From NCBI GenBank assembly GCA_963797095.1, contig CAWCNY010000004.1:32001-96000 (forward strand): 64,000 nt of DNA, read 5' to 3'. The DNA is from an uncultured Chloroflexia bacterium (GTDB lineage: Bacteria; Chloroflexota; Chloroflexia; QHBQ01; JADMIH01). This document shows, piece after piece, positions 57,436-64,000 of the stretch; the stretch's first letter is position 1, and the number at the start of each line of letters is the position of its first letter. The translations under genes and the position numbers were made by a program. The notes beneath the pieces are model-generated. The model did no database searches and was not told the DNA's origin. It saw only the letters and a list, made by a program, of their open reading frames with translations.

Positions 57436-59451
57436 ATGGTGCTAGTGTCTGCGGTACAACGCCGAAGAATGGTTTGCGCGCTTATTTTGCTTCTTACATG
57501 CGTTTCGGTTGGCGATGTCGCCGGAGGGCCACGTTCAGGGCGTCCGGCGGGCGCGGAGGAGTACTCAGGTGCCGCGCCCACCGCTTTCGCGTCACCGCTA
57601 TTTCAAGAGTTGTGGCAGCGGACCGACGGGTTGGTGGCATCGGGCGAGGCTTCGAGGTCATGGCTGTGGGGGCCTCAGCCTGGGCCGCAACTTGAAGAGG
57701 ATGGGCCGGACGGCGAGCCGGTGGAGGTGCAGTACTTCGACAAGGCGCGAATGGAGCTTAATTCGGCGGTGACCGATCCAAACTCGCCGTGGCGGGTTAC
57801 GACCGGGCTGTTAGTGGCCGAGATGGTGGGTCTTTCCGGCAAGTCTGCAGGCAAGCCTGCGGCACTTGTAGTGGCCGGTGACCAGGCGGAGGCGAATCCA
57901 CGATACAGCGACTTCTACCCAAAACTGCTGATGGAGGCATACGACTCGACGGGCCAGGTAGCGGATATGAAGATGCCTGGCAGGGGAAAGCCGCAGGGGA
58001 ACGTCCCAACAAACGTGCGCTATGCAAGATTTGTCGCCGCGACGCACCATAACATCCCGGACGTCTTCTGGAGATATTTGAATAGCGATGGGCCGGTCGA
58101 GGGAGCAGGCGGCGAGATTGAGGTCGGGCAGCTTTTCGATTGGGTCTACCTAATGGGCTATCCCATCAGTGAGCCTTACTGGGCTACGCTGATAATCGAT
58201 GGCAAGCCAGAGCTTACTCTGGTTCAGTTGTTCCAACGCCGGGTGCTCACTTTTGTGCCTTCCTTCGATGTGGGATGGCAGGTGCAGATGGGGAATGTGG
58301 GCGCGGCATACCACAAGTGGCGTTACACCGATACGCAGGTTGGCAATCCAAAAGCGCCGGCGATTCCTGCAGTTAAGTCGCCGGGCGGCGGCTTCGTCGA
58401 GACTTCGGGCGATGGTTTTATCTATCGCGGCAACGCTGTTACGCTAAAGGGGAGCAATTACTGGCTAAGTGCCGCACCATTTGCAGATACATGGTCCGAG
58501 TGGAACGGCCCTGTGGCGCTCGCGGAGCTTGAAAAAGCGCATGAGTTAGGTGTCAATGCGATCCGGATTGGCATTCCATACGACAATCCGAATACTATGG
58601 AGGCGGTCTGGGGCAACGATGACACGATGACGGCTATTGGCCGAAGGATCAAGAGCCGCATGACACAACTGCTACAGATCGCCAGCGGGTATGGGATGAA
58701 GGTGGTGTTCGTCCTTTTCGACTGGTACGACGACCACCCACCTGCCAATACGCCGGAGGAGAGAACCAATTTCATTTATGTTGATGGGATCGTTGGTGCC
58801 TTTGCCAGTGACGACCGCGTGCTTGCGTGGGATCTCAGCAATGAGCCGGACGTAACCGAAGAGTGGAAGGCAGGACGGCAAAGCGATTACGTCGATTGGG
58901 TTAAGCGGATGGCGATTCATGTACGCCAGATCGATAGCAACCACCCGATTACCGTCGGTGTTGGTGACTATCACTCGCTTTGGTACGCTTCGGATAAGGG
59001 AGATACAATTCTCGGCATTTCGGATATCGTTTCTTTCCACTGTTATGATGCGGGGGCGCTCGCAGGGCAGATAAGCGAAATCAAGGGACATACAGGCAAA
59101 CCGATACTTCTCGAAGAGATGGGGTGGCCGACCTCCACGGGCGGAGAAACACCGAGGCCAGGGGCCAGCTTTGAGGAGCAAACGCAGAGCCATTTATACA
59201 CATCGATGCTGAAGGATGCCAAGAACGCCGCGATTGCAGGAGTGTTTCAATGGACGCTGTTCGACTTTGACGAGGCGAAAGCTAACCTTGTAGGGGGATA
59301 CGAACGTTTCTTCGGACTGTTCAGGCGGGACGGGAGCGCCAAGCCCGCAGCGGCCATCTTCGGGGAGGATTACTCAGGACCGCCGCTGTACAGCGAAACC
59401 AGGACCGATATTCCTTTGGATACATCGGACAGGCCCGGTACGCCGCCATAA
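57436..59451 (+). CDS. Secreted clan GH-A (GH5-like) glycoside hydrolase with an N-terminal Chloroflexi-type surface domain
   Basis: WDLSNEP acid/base and ILLEEMG nucleophile; N-domain WQRTD...WLWGP...VQYFDKARME...GYPISEPYW. Confidence 0.8.
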   Translation: MVLVSAVQRRRMVCALILLLTCVSVGDVAGGPRSGRPAGAEEYSGAAPTAFASPLFQELWQRTDGLVASGEASRSWLWGPQPGPQLEEDGPDGEPVEVQYFDKARMELNSAVTDPNSPWRVTTGLLVAEMVGLSGKSAGKPAALVVAGDQAEANPRYSDFYPKLLMEAYDSTGQVADMKMPGRGKPQGNVPTNVRYARFVAATHHNIPDVFWRYLNSDGPVEGAGGEIEVGQLFDWVYLMGYPISEPYWATLIIDGKPELTLVQLFQRRVLTFVPSFDVGWQVQMGNVGAAYHKWRYTDTQVGNPKAPAIPAVKSPGGGFVETSGDGFIYRGNAVTLKGSNYWLSAAPFADTWSEWNGPVALAELEKAHELGVNAIRIGIPYDNPNTMEAVWGNDDTMTAIGRRIKSRMTQLLQIASGYGMKVVFVLFDWYDDHPPANTPEERTNFIYVDGIVGAFASDDRVLAWDLSNEPDVTEEWKAGRQSDYVDWVKRMAIHVRQIDSNHPITVGVGDYHSLWYASDKGDTILGISDIVSFHCYDAGALAGQISEIKGHTGKPILLEEMGWPTSTGGETPRPGASFEEQTQSHLYTSMLKDAKNAAIAGVFQWTLFDFDEAKANLVGGYERFFGLFRRDGSAKPAAAIFGEDYSGPPLYSETRTDIPLDTSDRPGTPP

Positions 59452-59502
59452 TCGAGTGAAATCGCGAAATGATGAACCGGCCATCAACTTCAGGAGGAGC
59501 AT

Positions 59503-59871
59503 GTGGACGAAGAGACTGACGCCGCCCAACCTACGACAATTGAGGTTTTCGATCAGATCGATATGAGGATTGGACGAGTGGTCGACTGCCAACCTTTTCC
59601 GGAGGCGCGGAAGCCATCGTACAAACTGACGATTGACTTTGGCCCGCTGGGGACGAGGCGGTCTAGCGCACAATTGACCGCGTTCTATGAGCAGGAGTCG
59701 TTGGTGGGGAGGTTGGTGGTGGCGGTGGTGAACTTTCCGCCACGGAAAATCGCGGGATTTGCCTCAGAAGTGCTTGTGCTGGGAGTGCCCGGCGAAGGGA
59801 TCGCGCGGCAGGGAAGTGTGGTGGTGCTTGCACCTGAGCGCGACGTGGCGTTGGGGGCGCGGGTGTTCTGA
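59503..59871 (+). CDS. csaA: tRNA-binding / secretion chaperone CsaA
   Basis: FPEARKPSYKLTIDFG, SSAQLT, VVNFPPRKIAGFASEVLVLG. Confidence 0.9.
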   Translation: MDEETDAAQPTTIEVFDQIDMRIGRVVDCQPFPEARKPSYKLTIDFGPLGTRRSSAQLTAFYEQESLVGRLVVAVVNFPPRKIAGFASEVLVLGVPGEGIARQGSVVVLAPERDVALGARVF

Positions 59872-59877
59872 TTGGGC

Positions 59878-59934
59878 TTTCTAATCGTTTTCTAATAAAG
59901 CTCTCACCAACCTTTAAGATTGCGATGAGATAAT
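59878..59934 (+). promoter_or_regulatory. htrA promoter: 11-bp-period direct repeats plus extended -10
   Basis: TTTCTAAT at 59878 and 59889, degenerate copies at 59900 and 59911; TGnGATAAT at 59926-59934. Confidence 0.5.
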
Positions 59935-60223
59935 AAAGACAACGCGGGAGCGCACTAACCAGTAAGGGCACTGGTAGCGAATAATTGAAATAGGGAATGG
60001 GACCTAGCCGCGGTCGTCGTATCGTGTGCTCTCGCGGATCAGAAATCAAACGGGCCTCCCCGATGTTGGGCCTGCCGAGGTCGCCTTGCGGCGGCACTGC
60101 ATTGGCGGCGGTAGTCTCCACATCAGCACAAGCAGGGGAGGCCTGATTCATAAATATGATCGACGAACAGGGCATCCACCGCCCTGCTCTCGGGAACCAG
60201 TCAAGATAGGGAGCGAATTACAC

Positions 60224-61399
60224 ATGGTCCAGACTGCGAAACTCTTCTTCGCGACGCTTTTCGTAGTAACACTGATAGCGCTGACCGCTCTCAGCGCAAT
60301 TGGAGGTGCCGGCGTCGCCACCTTCTTCCAACCCCTTGCAACGGCAGCAAAGTCCACTCCGGTCACGGAGGCCATAGATACACCCACCGCCACCGGGCCA
60401 ACAACGGTCGCAGATACACAAAGCCCGCCGGATCAGGTCGGCATCATCGATGCGCGTACGGCGGTTCGCAAGACCGGGCCAGCGGTGGTAACAGTGATTA
60501 ACCAGCTGCAATCAACTGGTGGATTCTACGGTGGCGCAGCAACTGCCAGTGGCTCAGGCGTGATAGTAGATCAGCGTGGCTACATAGTGACAAATAACCA
60601 CGTCGTTGAGAATCAAAAGTCACTTCAGGTGATTTTTTCAGACGGCACCAAGTCGGCGGCGACGCTGGTGGGCACCGATCCATTCTCGGACCTTGCCGTG
60701 GTCAAAGTAGACAAGACAGTGCCTGCTGTTGCGGAGTTTGGTGATAGCGATGCGCTTGAGCCGGGCCAGCCTGTGGTGGCAATTGGATCGGCGCTCGGCG
60801 ACTTCGCCAACACGGTAACTGCCGGGATTGTAAGCGCTCTTCATCGCGATCTGGATGATGGGACAGGCTCTCCCTCTATGCAGAACTTGATCCAGACCGA
60901 TGCCGCTATCAATCATGGTAACTCTGGTGGGCCACTGCTCGATATTACGGGCAAAGTGATCGGGATCAATGTGGCGGTCGTTCGCAGTACCGGCGCGACC
61001 GGTGATGTGGCAGAGGGGCTCGGCTTTGCGATACCGAGCAATACAGTGAAAGAAGTGTCGGACCAGATCATCATTAAAGGCGCGGTCGAGCGTCCCTTCA
61101 TCGGAGTTTCGTACCAGTTGATCACGCCTCAAATCGCAGCTTATTACAACCTTGCCCGAGACAGCGGACTTCTCGTGACAGATATACAGCCGGGAAGCCC
61201 AGCGGCACAGGCGGGACTTCAGCAGGGCGATATCATTACCAAATTCAATGGAACCGACGTGACAGGCTCAAGCTCGCTGCTCGAACTGCTGATGCAGCAT
61301 AAGGTGGGCGAGACGATCACAATGACAATTGTGCCATCAGGGTCGACAAGCGAGAAAGAGATCAGTTTGACACTTGCCCAACGACCCGCTGGACAGTAA
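60224..61399 (+). CDS. htrA: HtrA/DegP-family serine protease with one PDZ domain
   Basis: N-terminal TM; GSGV, TNNHVV, DLAV, QTDAAINHGNSGGPL; PDZ. ATG 60224 after AGGGAG. Confidence 0.93.
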   Translation: MVQTAKLFFATLFVVTLIALTALSAIGGAGVATFFQPLATAAKSTPVTEAIDTPTATGPTTVADTQSPPDQVGIIDARTAVRKTGPAVVTVINQLQSTGGFYGGAATASGSGVIVDQRGYIVTNNHVVENQKSLQVIFSDGTKSAATLVGTDPFSDLAVVKVDKTVPAVAEFGDSDALEPGQPVVAIGSALGDFANTVTAGIVSALHRDLDDGTGSPSMQNLIQTDAAINHGNSGGPLLDITGKVIGINVAVVRSTGATGDVAEGLGFAIPSNTVKEVSDQIIIKGAVERPFIGVSYQLITPQIAAYYNLARDSGLLVTDIQPGSPAAQAGLQQGDIITKFNGTDVTGSSSLLELLMQHKVGETITMTIVPSGSTSEKEISLTLAQRPAGQ

Positions 61400-61437
61400 A
61401 GCCTGACTTAGCCAATCTTCCTCCCTCCCTCCTCGAG

Positions 61438-61471
61438 ACAAGAAGCCCCACTGCAAGGTGGGGCTTCTTGT
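61438..61471. terminator. Bidirectional intrinsic terminator between htrA and mltG
   Basis: ACAAGAAGCCCCAC-TGCAAG-GTGGGGCTTCTTGT between convergent genes. Confidence 0.85.
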
Positions 61472-61499
61472 TGCAATTCGAGTGCTTCACAATATCCTT

Positions 61500-62636
61500 C
61501 TATTGTGGTGGGCACAAGGCCTGGTTGGCGCTTTGCTCTTCCAGAGTCTTGGCGAAGTAGTGCTCGCCGCTGCCATCGCACTTGGCCACAAAGTAGAGGT
61601 AGTCGTTGCCTGATGGGTAGATAGCAGCCTTAATTGCGGCCAGGCCGGGGTTGCTTATGGGGCCCGGAGGGAGAAGGGTGTGCGTGTAGCTGTTGTAGGG
61701 GCTGTCGATAGTCAGGTCGTCCAGGGTCAGCTGTTTCCACCAGTTACCTGACGTTCCTATCGCGTACTGGATTGTGGGGTCAGCATTGAGGTAGGGAGGT
61801 GCGTCGTTTTCCAGTTTGCCTGGTATCATGCGGTTCCAGTAGACCTGAGCGATGTCAGGCATTTCGGATTCGACCGCGGCCTCCCGCTGTACGATGGACG
61901 CAAGTGTGATCATATCGTAGAGGGTCGCAGGCCGATCCCACACCAGATGCGCAGATATATCGGCGTTTATGTCTGGGGAGTCGAGAGAACCAAGCCGATC
62001 CTCGAAGCCCTGCAGCATTTTGGTGATTACCTCATCAGTGCTGTCGCCGGAAGGGTCTTTCTTCGCCTGATAGGTATCGGGGAAGAGGAATCCCTCAAGG
62101 CCCTGAGCGGGCGGAATTCCGGCGTTGGTGAGGACATCGCTTGCCTGGATGAAGGGGAGAGCGCCGGCGCCAGTGGTAGTCTTTTGGAGGAAGTTGGCCG
62201 GACTGATGATGCCCTGCGAACCTAGTTTCTCAGCAATTTCCTCTAGTCTCCAGCCTTCAATCACTTGAAAGTCGATGGCTTCCGCACCCACAGGGGTTGT
62301 GAGGACTTTGATTACGGTGTCGTAATCCTGGCCGCACTCAATTTCAAAAGTGCCCGCTTGTAGCTTGCGCTCGTTGCCTGTCAGCCTGAGACGGGTCACG
62401 AAGAGAAATGAATTGTCGATGAGGCCGGCTCCTTGCAAGTTGTCGGCGACATCCTGTACAGTCTGATTGGCCTTAACGACGAATTGTTTGGAGCCAATGC
62501 ACTCACTTTCTCCGGAGGCGGGAAACCACGCCTCACTGGATCGCCACACCCAAACTCCGAATATGATCACTGCTCCAATCATGACAACTGCTATTATCGC
62601 CCTTAATGTTCCGCCAATGATATTCACTATGTTCAA
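61500..62636 (-). CDS. mltG: Endolytic transglycosylase MltG (YceG)
   Basis: LEGFLFPDTY, LASIVQREA, ADPTIQY, SPYNSY..LPPGPISNPG, YLYFVA. Confidence 0.93.
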   Translation of the reverse strand: MNIVNIIGGTLRAIIAVVMIGAVIIFGVWVWRSSEAWFPASGESECIGSKQFVVKANQTVQDVADNLQGAGLIDNSFLFVTRLRLTGNERKLQAGTFEIECGQDYDTVIKVLTTPVGAEAIDFQVIEGWRLEEIAEKLGSQGIISPANFLQKTTTGAGALPFIQASDVLTNAGIPPAQGLEGFLFPDTYQAKKDPSGDSTDEVITKMLQGFEDRLGSLDSPDINADISAHLVWDRPATLYDMITLASIVQREAAVESEMPDIAQVYWNRMIPGKLENDAPPYLNADPTIQYAIGTSGNWWKQLTLDDLTIDSPYNSYTHTLLPPGPISNPGLAAIKAAIYPSGNDYLYFVAKCDGSGEHYFAKTLEEQSANQALCPPQ

Positions 62637-62798
62637 TACTCCTTTTTGCGCGGCCCAGATATGATTCTAGCAAATGCGCAGCCCTTCAGACAAGCAAACT
62701 CGCAAGGCGCGGCTCGGAATACGGAGGATGCAGTAGGGGAACGACGGACAAACCACGATGAACCAGAGGCTCGTAGCTTTTCGACTTATAATAGGCAT

Positions 62799-63761
62799 AT
62801 GAATTCTACATCCGGTTCGCTGCCTCCTTTGATTGCTATTCTCGGGCCGACCGCAGTTGGAAAGAGCGCACTTGCCATTGAGATCTGTGAGGCTTTTGAG
62901 GGGGAAATAATATCCGCTGACTCGCGTCAGGTGTACCGTTATATGGATATCGGCACCGATAAACCTGGTTGGGATGTAAGGGAGCGCGTGCCGCACCATC
63001 TGATTGATGTGGTCGATCCGGATGAGCATTACTCGCTAGCCCTGTACCAGCAAGACGCTTATTCGGCAATAAATGACCTGCTCGCAAGGGGACGAGTGCC
63101 CGTACTTGCGGGGGGTACGCCGCTGTATGTAAACGCCGTGATTGAAGGGTGGATAATTCCGAGGGTCGAACCTGATACAGATTTTCGTGACACGCTCTGG
63201 CGCGCCGCGGAAGAAAGTGGTCCAGCGCCGCTCTATGAGCGACTGCGAGAGCTTGACCCTGCCAGCGCTGCAACAATTCTCCCATCGAACACACGGCGTA
63301 TTATCCGCGCCCTCGAAGTGATCCACGCTACGGGCAAGCCTATGAGCGCCCAGCAGGCCAAATCGCCGCCACCGTACACAATTTTACCTCTCTTGCTGGA
63401 ATGCTGCCGCACGAGGCTTTACAAGCGCATTGATGACAGAGTGGATACGTATATAGAGCGCGGCCTGGTTGGGGAAGTGCAGAAACTCCACGAGCAAGGC
63501 TATTCGTATGACCTACCGTCAATGAGCGGGATCGGATACAGGCAAATTGGGGAGTATCTGCTTGGACGCGCAACGCTCAGCGAAGCGATCCAGCGCATCA
63601 AGTGGGACACGCACGCTTTTGTGCGCCATCAGGCCAACTGGTTTCGGCGGGTCAGGGGTGCGTGCCGATTTGACGTTACGGAGGGCACGCCAACAGTGGA
63701 AGTATTGCGGGCCGTGGGAGCATTTCTCGACTTTGTCGGGCCGACGAGCGGTGATGTATAA
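62799..63761 (+). CDS. miaA: tRNA dimethylallyltransferase
   Basis: GPTAVGKS, ISADSRQVYRYMDIGTDKP, GGTPLY, RRIIRALEV, IGYRQ; start 62799 preferred. Confidence 0.95.
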   Translation: MNSTSGSLPPLIAILGPTAVGKSALAIEICEAFEGEIISADSRQVYRYMDIGTDKPGWDVRERVPHHLIDVVDPDEHYSLALYQQDAYSAINDLLARGRVPVLAGGTPLYVNAVIEGWIIPRVEPDTDFRDTLWRAAEESGPAPLYERLRELDPASAATILPSNTRRIIRALEVIHATGKPMSAQQAKSPPPYTILPLLLECCRTRLYKRIDDRVDTYIERGLVGEVQKLHEQGYSYDLPSMSGIGYRQIGEYLLGRATLSEAIQRIKWDTHAFVRHQANWFRRVRGACRFDVTEGTPTVEVLRAVGAFLDFVGPTSGDV

Positions 63762-63824
63762 TCTATAGAGCCAGCGCAGCTACTTAGAGGGCTGCATGGA
63801 ACTTTATACCAACAGGAGCATGTC

Positions 63825-64000
63825 ATGAGATTCGCAGGCCGAGTTGAGAAACTTCCACCTTATGTTTTTGCCGGGATGGCCAAGAAGTTGGCCGCCCTTC
63901 GCGCACGTGGGATCCAAGTAATCAACTTCGGCATGGGCGATCCTGACGTGCCAACACCAGAGTACTTGCAAGAAGCCATGCGCGAGGCAATAGGGGCGAA
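63825..64000 (+). CDS. dapL: LL-diaminopimelate aminotransferase-like class I/II aminotransferase, 5' part
   Basis: MRFAGRVEKLPPYVFAGMAKK...VINFGMGDPDVPTP after AGGAG; runs off the window; not in the ORF track. Confidence 0.75.
   Translation, partial: MRFAGRVEKLPPYVFAGMAKKLAALRARGIQVINFGMGDPDVPTPEYLQEAMREAIGA

Noticed and set aside
59960-60012. c-di-GMP-I-like words (GGGCAC, GAAA, TGGGAC, GCC)
   Set aside because: Order and spacing do not reproduce the P1/P2 consensus (no GCAAAG element).
1-64000. CRISPR array, tRNA, rRNA, prophage
   Set aside because: No regularly spaced repeats, cloverleaf/T-loop signatures, rRNA-like tracts or phage genes were seen by eye.

Overview
GC-rich bacterial chromosome segment. 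Gene content points to a Chloroflexota (probably Chloroflexia-like) genome by inference: SLH-anchored amidase, DUF2298/YYY glycosyltransferase, Chloroflexi-type surface glycoside hydrolase, XRE-STAND regulator. Most of the window is housekeeping or metabolic: wzm/wzt, pepA, FNR, ppa, ferredoxin, a leucine-catabolism (liuBCDE-like) plus biotin carboxylase/BCCP/methylmalonyl-CoA mutase cluster, pxpA/pxpBC, a MoxR-VWA cluster, cutA-tat, a liv BCAA transporter, tsaC, a polyprenyl synthase, uvrC, csaA, htrA, mltG, miaA and a partial dapL. One accessory island (~7.35-15.85 kb) is bounded by eroded IS6 and integrase-core IS remnants that the ORF track misses. It carries the best candidate for an undescribed system: an XRE-HTH/NB-ARC/TPR STAND protein divergent, across a perfect 26-bp palindrome with an extra half-site, from an operon of methyltransferase, small ORF and a 661-aa unknown protein with a duplicated helical hairpin. 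Other highlights are two long, highly base-paired 5' leaders matching no riboswitch I recognise (upstream of livK and htrA), and a ~2124-aa double GT-C/TPR gene split by one extra base. No tRNA, rRNA or CRISPR array was seen. All calls come from reading motifs by eye; no searches were run.
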